64,000 nucleotides of DNA from Eledone cirrhosa (GCA_964016885.1 OZ024750.1:20336001-20400000), one strand, 5' to 3'; positions 14,490-27,273 are shown, counted from the first letter of the stretch. Notes: a model not told the origin generated them from the letters alone. Made by a program: numbers and translations.

Positions 14490-15630
14490 TGTTAAAAAAC
14501 CTGATACCGAAAGTTGAGATTGACCAGAATCGAAAAATAGCCAGTTTTTTTGATACCCTTAACTTGGAGTCAGGTTTCCATTACATATTCCATAAACTTA
14601 ATGGACATTTGAAGTCCGTAAATGCTAACTCAAGCTACTCAAGTTCGAAGATAAACGTAATAGCTAGGAGCGTCTCTCTGAGGATATCCACATTATCAGC
14701 AAACCAGATGTTTGACAATAGTGTGGATTATTGTAATAGTGCCCTAGCTAGAGCGGGATCCAAGGAAAATACACATACCTATATACGATAAACTGTTCGC
14801 AATGGAGAGGAAACTGCACACATATGCATGTATAACATAACAAAATAGATAGATAAGGCTATATAACGATCGCATATAACACGGCATTGCCTCCCATCTG
14901 CCATAAGAAGACGAGAGATAAGATCATTATCCATACTAATGGAAAATAAATACGTATGTTAACCGGTCATTAAATACCTCAATAAAGGAAGTCTCTCCTC
15001 ATCATCAAGATATTCTGTGGTCTGCAGAGCATCATTTATATACGATAGTGAATAGATTCGTTGCGATGACTCAACCCTACTTCATTCCGAAGATGATCGG
15101 GAAAGGCTCTAAGCGGTCACTGCTATATCTGACCTGGACACGCTGGTCTTCGTGTGTGCTGAATGACGATCTTCAAGAAAGGTTGGGGACGACTGAGTCG
15201 TTCCATCATCTGTCACATTCATTTACTGCTCACTGTATCGAATGCTTTAGTTAGGTCAACGAACGCCGCATATAGCCCTTTATTTTGCTATATGTGACAC
15301 TCCTATTGACTCTGGCGTATGGTTTCGAATTCATTGGTAGATATCAGCTTATTTAGCATCATCCTTGGGAGAAATTTTCCCGCGATTGAAAGCAGAATAA
15401 TCTCGGTAATGTGCAGAGTCTGATTACTTCCCCTATATTCAAGTATAGGGTGATGATGACTGCATCGCAGTTATCTTGTAGAAGATTTCCCTGCTCCAAG
15501 CAACATACGAAGGACTCGTAGAGATTTGCGTGTAGTGTTGGACCCCCCCCCCTCCCAAATCTCAGGTGGAATTCCATTGACTCCTATTACTTTGTCACTA
15601 CTTCGCTGCTCTATGATTTGCCGGTGCCTT
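14490..15630 (-). pseudogene. Decayed RTE-clade reverse transcriptase fragment
   Basis: Minus-strand peptides GVNGIPPEIW..GPTLHANLYESFVCCLEQGNLLQDNCDAVIITLY, SIAGKF, NKGLYAAFVDLTKAFDTVS and QVRYSSDRLEPFPIIFGMK match canonical RTE RT motifs. Many stops and frameshifts. Confidence 0.88.
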
Positions 15631-15735
15631 TAATGGTGGACAATGCTTCCAGCTTTGCATTTACTTGTTGTTGGGGAATGCAGAGAATTGTTATTTTCTG
15701 GATTGTGTGGTTCGCACCGAAGAGGGCCTGACATG

Positions 15736-15810
<75 letters not shown>

Positions 15811-17582
15811 AATGAAATGACCAAAATCGAATGTCATCAAAGTATGTAATCCATTTATGAACGTTTCTCTGAATACAGTAAGATGTTTCATTATTTTCCT
15901 CCGTACAGATTTCTTCAGAATCCATTAAACGATATGGATTACATATTTAACATCGGCGTTCAGCTATCTCTAATTCACAAATTGTAAACAAGTTTAAAAT
16001 ACAGCTGGTAACTCAGTTACTCCAGTCCACTAAGGTCGCAGAAAGCAGATATACCTGTATTTGAAATGGCCACCTGTATCACATCAAATATCACATTGAA
16101 TCACACATTGAAATACGTTAAATGTATACGAGTCTGTAGAATGCTTAGCCATTTACACAAAACATTCTATTTTGCAGAGATTGGTAGATATTAACAGCTT
16201 TAGATACGAAGCACTACGATTGAATTTGGAGCTTTTTGAATATGAAGCGATCTTAAATAATCTGACATGCGGCGCCCAAATTTACATATGTTATTATCTG
16301 AAGAATATTAGAATGCTAAGTCATACCTCCAACTGTGAATCGAAATCAGTTACTATTCATTTAGGACCTCCCCTGCTTCAACAATATCCCTGCTACATAT
16401 GAATTAATGGGAATGTCATCATAAAGGTTTTGTATATATTTCTCATTCTGACACGAAGCAACGTATAAAGAAGACATAAATATATCAACTGTGTGTTTAT
16501 TAAATGTACACGAAAATGTCTATATTGCAGCAATTGGTTTGTGGGAGAACATGAAACACAACAACGCAATTATGTCCATATTGATTCCATAGCTGTTGCC
16601 GTAATGAATAAAGATTAAACGTTCCAGGAGAACGTAAATCGATGTAATACGAAATCTTTACAGCGAAATTTTATATATTGTGTCAGTTTTCCACATGGTC
16701 ATCGCATTCAGAAATGAAAGGATAGCACTTCCTTTTATAAACCACACTGACAACACTAATATTATCTCCCCTTAGATAAGATTCTCTGTCTCACTTTTTC
16801 TCTCTGTTTCTCTTTTTATTTTCTTATTTTCTTCGTGCATGCTATTTTTATGCTCTAGCCGCAAGTGCTGCGATAAAGGTAGTGTGTTCTCTTTCAATTC
16901 CATAACACATAAATGCGTTTATGTACGCAAATCTTTGTGCACCGATAACGTTACACAGCAAATGCCCGCCTGCATAAAAATAATTATCTATATTGCTGCA
17001 TATAACAAAAGATACATTACCTGATCAGTTAAGAAACTAAAGTTATTTCCAGAACTTTTGATATTCTCAGTTTAACGAAATTAATACCTATTAATATGAA
17101 AGATGCCATTAACCCTTTGTTATAGATTCTTTATTGTGACTATCAGGTTAAAGTTACATGCTTATAAATGGCGTGGTAAAGCCAAAGGCCATCGCTTTCT
17201 GGAAAAAGAATGGCTGCTCCTTTCATTTAAACAGTTAAATGTGTTACAACTAAATATTCTATATAAATGTTGCTTCTGGTCAAAAGTATATTGCACAAGA
17301 TCTGAATTTTCTGATGCACTTTTGGTCTTGAAATGTATTTCATATACACAACTTAGACTCATTATCATAAACTTACTAATGTTTGATATATGAACTACAT
17401 CATGTACGCGAATGCGTCTGAGTATTTTATTAAAGTTCTATAAAAAGATACATTGTATGAGTTGTCTCATACATATTTACATATGTAAGGTCTATCATAT
17501 CGTTTGAAATCGTATTACTTGCTATCGTTATTTTGTACATTCTCTGCCACTGGCTCATATCAATATATATATATATATATAT

Positions 17583-17806
17583 AGTAATAATAATAAATTT
17601 GAAGACTAAAATCCAAAGAGGGCTCGATAAGGATAAATATATATCAAATATATAAGAACCGTAGAGCAAATATTTATTAAAATAACAGATTAAAGTTTAA
17701 GCAAAGAATCGCATGCTTTCACCCTTAACGGGATCTTCAGAAGATCCCGTTAAGAGTGAAAGCAGCGATTCTTTGCTTAAACTTTGATCTGTTATTTTAA
17801 TAAATA
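17583..17806 (-). mobile_element. Fold-back element family E (tail + palindrome centred at 17739, hammerhead-like core)
   Basis: Palindrome ~17672-17806. Minus strand CTGAAGA-TCCCGTTAAGGGT-GAAA. Other full copies at 26605-26823 and 58882-59100. Confidence 0.8.
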
Positions 17807-18512
17807 AATGAATATATATATATATATATATATATTATAATTGTTTTCTCAACGCTGTGGCTTGCTACCTAATATTTGAAATCCTACTCTAATATTGGTT
17901 ATACATACACTGTATATGCTAGTGGTACTCTTCTTTCGGTGTATGGTTAAGTTTATCAGACCTACATCATCAACTTTATATACAGAAACGAGTTGGTTTT
18001 TGAAAGGTAGACAATCAATTTCTCGTGGATTATTCAAGAAAGTAAGCTTTCTTGAATATTCTAATATATTGTTTGTTATATACTGCAGTGTATTTAATCT
18101 ATATTATATTCTATTACTGGTTTCGGAGATTAACCATGGTGTACATCATTTTGAAAGTGTTTAGTGTTTCAAACACTGATCGTAGAAAAGTAATATATAT
18201 TTCAACTAAATGTATACATTTGTAAACAGCTTATATATGGTCCAGTATGTGCACATGAGGTAGCTTCCTAGTTGACATAATCGTAAAACTGGCCATGCGT
18301 ACGGTGCGGGTTTGCAACTGAGCATATTTATACGTCAGCTAGTTATTATATTGCATTGGATGCCCAGTGGAAGTAGCAGTGTTTCCACGGATTCCCTCGA
18401 TTTAGATTCCCTGGGAAAGAAAAGAAACTGTTGTTCAGATTAATTAATGTTTAAACATGTAATCAAAACGAAAGTGGGAGAAAATTTGAAAAAAATAACT
18501 ATATATATATAT

Positions 18513-18630
<118 letters not shown>

Positions 18631-18964
18631 AATACGTTACACATTTCTAAATATTAAACGCAATATCAGGAGTGGCTAGAGTATGTAAAACGCAATATAG
18701 GAAACCTTATGTAATATAAAATGGGTTCGTGTTGAAAAACAAATATATATGCATGTGTGCGTGTGTGTGTCTGTATGTGTGTCTGTGAGTGTGTGTGTGA
18801 CATAGAATATTAACACAAGGCTATGGGCATTTCATTGACGTGATTGAATCCTTTCGCAAAATACTTGCATGAAAAACACTCGAAATAACAGATATGCCAT
18901 TTGAGTCTTCACTATATACATGCATAAATATATAAACACACACACACACTCACACACGCGCACG

Positions 18965-19031
<67 letters not shown>

Positions 19032-19040
19032 ACACACACA

Positions 19041-19151
<111 letters not shown>

Positions 19152-19198
19152 AACACAGACAGCCACACAGACAGCCACACAGACACATACACACACAC

Positions 19199-19235
<37 letters not shown>

Positions 19236-19238
<3 letters not shown>

Positions 19239-19688
19239 GATATTAAATAAATGGAAACTATATTTATAAAACCATATTTATTTCATTATATATATTTCAG
19301 GGATATCATATTAACAATATGCTATGCCTTCCTCAGACAAAATACAATATAAACAGTTTTATAGATAAATAGATTTGACATACTGTACAACATCGACTTG
19401 TATTTGAAAAGTTGAATTGCCAATTCAACTTTTCAAATACAAGTCGATGTTGTACGGTATGTCAAATCTATTTATCTATAAAACTGTTTATATTGTATTT
19501 TGTCTGAGGAAGGCATAGCATATTGTTAATATGATATCCCTGAAATATATATAATGAAATAAATATGGTTTTATAAATATAGTTTCCATTTATTTAATAT
19601 CGTAAATATTATCCAAATACTTGTCGAGTGCTTTTATATCAGTTATAAATATTTACTAGTTGTAACCCAACAATTTAAATATAACTTT

Positions 19689-19690
<2 letters not shown>
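19236..19690 (+). mobile_element. Fold-back element family A: 184-bp near-perfect palindrome + tail, in (TA)n
   Basis: 19236-19419 vs 19421-19604, 1-nt spacer, one mismatch seen. Tail 19605-19690. Confidence 0.9.
19496..19561 (+). ncRNA. Minimal type I hammerhead ribozyme motif (mirror copy 19279-19344, minus strand)
   Basis: TATTTTGT-CTGAGGA-AGG..CATATT/AATATG..CCT-GAAA-TATATA-TA-ATGAAATA. Helices I and II pair and helix III is palindromic. Predicted cut after A19553. Confidence 0.8.
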
Positions 19691-19729
<39 letters not shown>

Positions 19730-20033
19730 TGGTTTGGATGAAACAATTGTAAGCTAATAAATGCTTTGAACATAGCTTTGATTCATGTAATTTCTATATG
19801 ACTGCTCTGTAGAACAATTGATGTTATTACATTGAGCTATTTATCTTACTGGTAATAACGTAGTAATAAATTACTGTCTTTCACTGTTTAGGGTTTAAAA
19901 TATATATAATTATAAAAAGTTTTAGTAAATACATAACCATAAATAGTATCCTTAATACTATATATATATATATTTCGTTTCTGAATTTGTTTAGCAAGAT
20001 GCTTTATCTGAAAACCTGTGTTGAAACCGATAT

Positions 20034-20660
20034 TGTTATACTTTGGGAGGGTCAGTTGCCAATAAGAAACACGTGCACCAGTTGTTTTCACATTAGCATG
20101 CTAAAATAGAACATAAGGGTAAATTAGAGAACATAGAAATAAAGATAGAATCCACACACAGAAAAGACGCAATGTTTAGACAAATCACAGAGGCAATAAA
20201 CATAAATGAACTCCAACTAAAATTAAATAGAAAACATGAATGGAACAGCAACATCACAACTTACAAATAAGGACAAAATGAAAACACACACACACATAGA
20301 ACAAACAACCAACAAGTAAAATGTAAATAAACAAATAAATAAACAAATATAAACACACACAGACACCCGGATGTAACACATGCGCAAACTAAGCACACAA
20401 CATACACAAAAACAAGATGGCGTAGGACAGAACAAAGGAGAGGCACAAAAACAAAGAAAAGAATCCCCAGTCACTGAACAGGTCACATAAGGTGTGACGA
20501 AAGAACTTTGACAATATATGAACAATCGTCTGGTTATTGAACCAAGCAACCGACCGGAAATTTATAAATTCCTAAATTTATAAATTTAATTTATAATAAA
20601 TTGAAGTGAAAGCAACTAGTGCGTGTGTTTCTTATTGGCAACATGACCCTCCCAAAGTAT

Positions 20661-20664
<4 letters not shown>
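20034..20664. mobile_element. TIR-bounded non-autonomous element (TGT...ACA ends, ~58-bp TIRs, ATAT flanks)
   Basis: 20034-20091 is the reverse complement of 20606-20664. The same end motif gaccctcccaaagtataaca recurs at ~55085, with diverged versions at ~56810 and ~58485. Confidence 0.65.
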
Positions 20665-20735
<71 letters not shown>

Positions 20736-21023
20736 CACGTTACCTTATGTTGAGTGAATGTTAAATTTGAATTTATGTCAGCTAACAGTATGCTAAGTAG
20801 TAAAACATGCGTTTGACAACTTGGTTGAAAGATTGAAGCATATGAACCCCTAAAGACGAAAGGCGGTGGATTGTATCACCTGCATGAATATAAAGTAGAC
20901 TACCGACATATGGCTGGTATTCTTTTCCTACGAGCATCTCTATTCCCATTCTTCTACTCTAGGGTGTTTAATGCCGAACTGAACTGACTATTTGAAAGTC
21001 AAATCTGCGTTGCATCAGTTTAA

Positions 21024-21197
21024 GTATCGGTAGAGGGTCGGACGCCATGCTTTCCAGCATAGTTACGTCCCTTTATGATCTGAGTTCAAATCCCGCCGAG
21101 GTTGACTTTGCCTTTCATCCTTACGGGGTCGATAAAATAAAGTACCAGTAATGCACTGGGTAATTTGCTGGCCTTATGCCTAAAGTAGAAACAATTA
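21024..21197 (+). mobile_element. tRNA-derived SINE
   Basis: Core and tail match the family. Confidence 0.9.
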
Positions 21198-21225
21198 TTT
21201 AAGTTTTGGTCTTCTATATACTTAA

Positions 21226-21372
21226 ATAATTGTTTCTACTTTTGGCACAAGGCCAGCAATTATCCCTGTGTATTATTGGTACTTTATGTTATTGGACCCC
21301 ATAAGGATGAAAGACAAAGTTAGCCTCGGCGGGATTTGAAATTAGACCGTAAAGGACCGTAACTCTATGCTA
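21226..21372 (-). mobile_element. tRNA-derived SINE, inverted
   Basis: Reverse complement of the core; mirror of 21376-21511. Confidence 0.88.
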
Positions 21373-21375
21373 CAA

Positions 21376-21511
21376 AGTAGAATTACGATCCCTTACGGTT
21401 CAAATCCCGCCGGGGTTAACTTTGCTTTCATCCTTATGCGGTCGATAAAATAAAGTACCAGTAATACACAGGGATAATTGCTGGCCTTGTGCCAAAAGTA
21501 GAAACAATTAT
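21376..21511 (+). mobile_element. tRNA-derived SINE, partial
   Basis: gttcaaatcccgcc core and gtagaaacaatt tail. Confidence 0.88.
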
Positions 21512-21992
21512 TTAAGTATATAGAAGATCGAGAATATTCTCGACAGAATCTGGAATCATGATGCAGAGAATGGGAACCACTCTACTTCCCGTTGAAATAA
21601 AGCTGCTAAATCATCTAATTTTGTCTGGATATGGTAACTTTCCATTTCAATTTAAAATATCCTCTTCTGATTCTGTGTGCTAATGGTGCTTACGCACCCA
21701 CAATTTGATATAACAATAAGCATGTTTTATCATTATACCTATCTATATATCTATTCATATTCTGATGGTAACATTTTCAAAAAATCTGCTATGTAGGAGA
21801 CGTTATTTTGCTTTCATTTCCTCATACCTTATCCATTTCTTTCATCTCCTTAATTTTTTTCCTCTTCTGAATTTACTAACAATTCTTCCCTTCCTGTTCT
21901 TCTTAGATTATCTGCTGTTAGGCTGAGAGAAGCGAGAGCCTGCGTGTGAGAAATAGTCTGTGCGAGAGAGAGGGAGTGTGTGTTTGTTTGTA

Positions 21993-22030
<38 letters not shown>

Positions 22031-23032
22031 TGTGTGTGTGTATGTGTGTGTGCATGTGGGTGAGAAAGGGACGGAGAGAGGGCGAGGGACATAGAGAGAA
22101 ACAGACAGACGGATTTCGAAAGTGATTTGCCGTCAGATGTTATGCACGGTGTAATACGTAATAGAATCGAAGGAAGAAAATAAAACTGAGAAAAACAGTA
22201 AACGATTAAGGGAAACATGCATCAAGATAGCGATGGAGGATCGTAAAAAAGAGAGTTACACATGAAATCGGTTTATTTAAAATGTGAATTCACTAATTAT
22301 GTATTTACGGACTATATATAGGATTCACATGCTCATCTCCCTCGAAAACACTCAATATTTCTACCACGTCAAAGATTCGTTTGCCAGGGCTTGAACCTTC
22401 TATATTCATTATTTCACATACATCCTCTATATGAAGGGCCGTTAATATATCTGTGAGTTACCATCACTTTTGACTGTGCGGGCTCACTATAGTATATAAT
22501 ACCTGTCTCGCATATTAAGAATACACAGGAAATATAGAAAGAAACACTACAATGGCATATATTGTAGGAAATCAAACAAGTTACATTTCTAACAGATTTG
22601 TTTTTCTATTGCTACTGGCATATTGGCGTGTTTAGATTGAAACGTAAATGGAAAATAAGAGCAAACGAATGTATAGGGGAAAAACTGTCTTTCAGCAATG
22701 TCAAAAAAAGAAAAATAATATGTATATAATTTTATAACTTTTTTGTTTTAGACAAACTTATCAGAATTTTGTGTTTTATAATTATAACATTAGGATATTT
22801 TTTTATGATCTGTGTTAGATTTTTTTATGTTTTGGCTTTGCTTTCCTTCAGCATTAGTATTTATGATCCGACGCTATAAGGAAAAAAAATTATAATCATA
22901 AAATTAAGTTTTAGATTGAATAAGAAAATAGTTGTATTATGAAGAAACAAACTAGTATATACTAAATAACAATGAATATCAAATAGATGTGGAATATATT
23001 ATATATGAGGCATATATTTGTGTCTCTGTCTG

Positions 23033-23178
<146 letters not shown>

Positions 23179-23949
23179 GTGAGAAATATGTATATATGTA
23201 CGTTTGCATGTATGTATGAATGTATGAATGTACGTTTGTATACAGAGTAAGTTTAGACAAGTTATTTTATGTTACTTTATATTTCTCGTGTATGTATGAG
23301 AGTACATCTGCTCATCTAATTAAAAAATGCATGATTTAAAAAAAAAATACATCTATATTGTCGTTCTATTCATAATTTCTTTTGTGTTGGTTTGGCTGAG
23401 CACTTGCTAAAGAAATGTTTCTCATGATTTAATTGGAGGGCCAGTTTATCTGTGCAAACAAATGATCAGTCTTGACCGAAAGGGACGTTATGTCTCTCGT
23501 TTATTTTTAAAATGATGTATTCTAATCCCCGCTCTTAGTTTTGTAAAGATAGACAATACAATGGACTAGACCAAGCGCACGCGTTGACGCAGACACTACC
23601 TCGTGACTCAGACTATTTGTCCCAAAAATTCAGTGTATCTCCCCATCACCATAAAATCTGACCCATAATTTAACACGCTATACGTCAACAATTATTAGGA
23701 CCTGCCCCTGGTGAAGAAATATTGTTTGCAAATAGCTGAAAAAATGAAGACATAATTCACTTAAACATTCACCGCTCAAACAGCGTAAGTTCTGACTTCC
23801 GGTACTAACTTTTTACAATAAAAATAGACACGCACACACACTTATATATATATATATATATCATCAATCGATCGACTTTCGTTAAATCGAATCGAGGAGA
23901 CAATGTTTCCATGGGTCTTTCCAATTGCTAATACTATCTATCGGTCGCA

Positions 23950-24075
23950 ACTCCAGGTAGAATGAATAACGTGAAATAAAGTGTCTTGCTTAAGGACATA
24001 ACGCATGACCCGTTCCGGGAATCGAAATCACAAACTCACGATTGCGAATACAATTCTCTTACAACTCATCCGTTC
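23950..24075 (-). mobile_element. Second, older tRNA-derived SINE family (head fragment)
   Basis: Minus strand has B-box-like ttcgattcccgg followed by tgtccttaagcaagacactttatttcacg. Confidence 0.5.
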
Positions 24076-24111
24076 GCCTTCTCTCTCTCTATCATATATA
24101 TATATGAGAGA

Positions 24112-24152
<41 letters not shown>

Positions 24153-24512
24153 GCTATATATTTTAGGGAAAAGGTGGATGTAGCTTTTTACAGCATTGAT
24201 GCTACAAATGTAGATATCGATTGCCCAAGCTATGCCAATAATAATATCCCTTACCATCAAATTGACAAAGACTGTTTTGCATTGAGTTCTGTATTTCATT
24301 TTAAAATAAATGCCATAAACAAAAGTTGCATGAAGCTGAAACAACATAATTTAAGGTAAAATAAATATAAATGTAAACCGTAACATACACCACATGTGAG
24401 AACATATTTAATCCGAAACATCTGATTGGTAGTGGGTTAAATGTTAAGCCTAAAAGAGGATTTCGGTTTAGAATTTCCAAATCAATCGCGATTTAACAAT
24501 TTTACCACAGGA

Positions 24513-24609
<97 letters not shown>

Positions 24610-24613
24610 TAGA

Positions 24614-24645
<32 letters not shown>

Positions 24646-24723
24646 AAGGGAGAGAGCTTGCTTTGTTTGTGTGTATGTATAATATATACACATATATATG
24701 TGTGTGTGTGCTTGTGTGTGTGT

Positions 24724-25028
<305 letters not shown>

Positions 25029-25161
25029 GGTAGAACACTGGAAGGTAATATCCGTAGTGGTAGAGCACTCTGTCCATGGGACGAGTTAGGTGAAACACAA
25101 TTGTTCTCGTTATGGTGAACTAACTGTTGTTTTACCACTTCTATATATGTATATATATATA

Positions 25162-26151
25162 GATTTCTTTTATTTGCCACTAGGGCATCAAAAGTGGGAC
25201 AAGTACAAAGGGGGGAGTTTACACAAAAAGGCGTCCTCAATAAGGAGGAGGCAATAACAAAATATAAAAATAAAATAAGATATAACAAAAAATAAAATTT
25301 TTAACAAAATCCTCAATAGAGAGGAGGCGCCTTGGGGGGTCGCACACACCCCCGAAAAAAGTGTGCAACCCTTCTCCTCAGGAGCACAGAGAAGGGGTGC
25401 TCCCTTGGTCTTTCATCTTCCTCACCTATAGTCTGATGTAGAGTGAAGGCCCATTCACACAGGCCATTCTCGCCACTTTCACCCATCTTTCATAGAAACG
25501 GCTGGGGTGCAGCACCTCTCTCTCCATCCTGATCCTTCTTCCGAAATGATATCGGAAGAAACGGACCAGTTGTTGGCCAGAGAGAAAGGTGCCCGACCTC
25601 AGTCCTTTCAGACGCGTCCACCATACAACCTCTTTCGCCATGGCTATTACGCACAGAAACACCGCCTCTGCTTCATCTTTGAAGGGGGGAGGCGGCTTGA
25701 TCATTACAATAGACTCGGTGGTCAACCGGATCGGTCCCACCCTTGACAGCAGTTGTTCGACATAGCCCCACAGATCGGCTACGCCCGAGCAGTGTACTAA
25801 TGCGTGTGCAACGGTTTCCTCGTCGCACACGCATCTGGGACAGATCTTTTTGGCGGGGTCCCTACCCGGGCGCCCGTGTCTGTAGAGCCTTTCTCGAACG
25901 GGTAAAGCCCCTCGGTAGCACTGCCAGGCCAGGGACTTCTGGAAGTTGTCCATAGGTCCCGGGCTGAATGTCCTACCGAACAGGCTGGCCAGTTCGTCCT
26001 CCTCCATGTCTAGGGCTTCTCCGAGGGCGTCGTCGCACCTGCTGCGTACCAGCCCTCTATAGAATGTTGCGGTGGAGTCTCCACTGATAACCGGATCCGC
26101 CTGCCAGAGGGCGGTGAGCGCCTGGGCACACTCAGTGTGCCAGGCGCCCAG
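25162..26151 (-). mobile_element. 5'-truncated Tx1/L1-clade LINE (ORF2 C-terminus + 3'UTR) inserted in (TA)n
   Basis: GC-rich island. Open frame with CPRCVCDEETVAHALVHC (zf-RVT CCHC). AATAAA near the 3' end; TA repeats on both sides. Confidence 0.88.
25426..26151 (-). CDS. Partial LINE ORF2 C-terminus with zf-RVT zinc knuckle (no true start)
   Basis: About 241 uninterrupted codons with LPVRERL..CPRC..EETVAHALVHC..W motif. The ORF-track start lies beyond the flanking TA repeat. Confidence 0.8.
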   Translation of the reverse strand: MGAWHTECAQALTALWQADPVISGDSTATFYRGLVRSRCDDALGEALDMEEDELASLFGRTFSPGPMDNFQKSLAWQCYRGALPVRERLYRHGRPGRDPAKKICPRCVCDEETVAHALVHCSGVADLWGYVEQLLSRVGPIRLTTESIVMIKPPPPFKDEAEAVFLCVIAMAKEVVWWTRLKGLRSGTFLSGQQLVRFFRYHFGRRIRMEREVLHPSRFYERWVKVARMACVNGPSLYIRL

Positions 26152-26408
26152 TATATATATATATATAGGCAAAATGATTAATGAAAAAGTTACAAGCCAT
26201 TAAAACATATCTTTATGAAGCTTGTAACTCTTTCAACTCTTTCATTAATCATTGTGCCTATCACCCTCTATTTATCCTTGTACACTAAATATTAACCTCC
26301 TCTAACATTTAAACCTGATAACCCATGCATGGGGCACTTATGCACCCGCTGTTCTTTCTATCCTCTTTTACGATACTGTAACTTTATATATATATATATA
26401 TAGTAATA

Positions 26409-26590
26409 ATTGTTTCTACTTTTTGGCACAAGGCCAGCAATTACTCAGTGCATTACTGGTACTTTATTTTATCGACCCGGTAAGGATGAAAGGCAAAGTC
26501 AACCTCAGGGGGATTTGAACTCAGATCGTTGAGGCACGTAACTATGCTGGAAAGCATGGCATCCGACACTCTACCGATACTGCCAATCCA
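26409..26590 (-). mobile_element. tRNA-derived SINE, full length
   Basis: Reverse complement of A-box, B-box, core and tail. Confidence 0.92.
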
Positions 26591-26604
26591 TATATATATA
26601 TATA

Positions 26605-26823
26605 GTATTAATAATAAATTTGAAGACTAAAATCCAAAGAGGGCTCGATAAGGACAAATATATATCAGATATATAAGAACCGTAGAGCAAATATTTACTA
26701 AAATAACAGATTACATGTTAAGCAAAGAATCGATGCGTTCACTCTTAACGGGATCTTCTGAAGATCTGTTAAGGGTGAAAGCAGCGATTGTTTGCTTCAA
26801 CTTTAATCTGTTATTTCAATAAA
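26605..26823 (-). mobile_element. Fold-back element family E copy
   Basis: Collinear with 17583-17806; centre gatcttc-t-gaagatc at 26759. Confidence 0.85.
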
Positions 26824-26847
26824 TATATATATATATATATATAATAT

Positions 26848-27272
26848 AAGATCAAAAGATGGTTAAAGGAGTTCCATGTATTTTATTATGCGCATTTCAA
26901 AAACAAACATCATCATGCAATAATATTTGTGTTTTCATCAGATAAAACAGGAGAACATGATATGAAGGCTAAAAAACACTTGTGGATAGTGCAGTTTTAA
27001 ATCAACATATCAACATATATGTTGATTTAAAACTGCACTATCCACAAGTGTTTTTTAGCCTTCATATCATGTTCTCCTGTTTTATCTGATGAAAACACAA
27101 ATATTATTGCATGATGATGTTTGTTTTTGAAATGCGCATAATAAAATACATGGAACTCCTTTAACCATCTTTTGATCTTCTATTATGTATACTCCAGTCC
27201 TACAAACTGTAGAGTGCTTCTTATCCGATATCTGCATTGCTTTATTGTACTACAATAAAACTCACCTCCTAC

Positions 27273-27273
<1 letters not shown>
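26848..27273 (+). mobile_element. Fold-back element family B: ~163-bp perfect palindrome + tail, in (TA)n
   Basis: 26848-27010 vs ~27017-27179, no mismatch seen. Tail 27180-27273. Confidence 0.9.
27080..27146 (+). ncRNA. Minimal type I hammerhead ribozyme motif (mirror copy 26881-26947, minus strand)
   Basis: TTTTAT-CTGATGA-AAACACAAA...TTTGTTTTT-GAAA-TGCGCA-TA-ATAAAA. Helix I 6 bp, palindromic helix III ATGCGCAT. Predicted cut after A27140. Confidence 0.85.
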
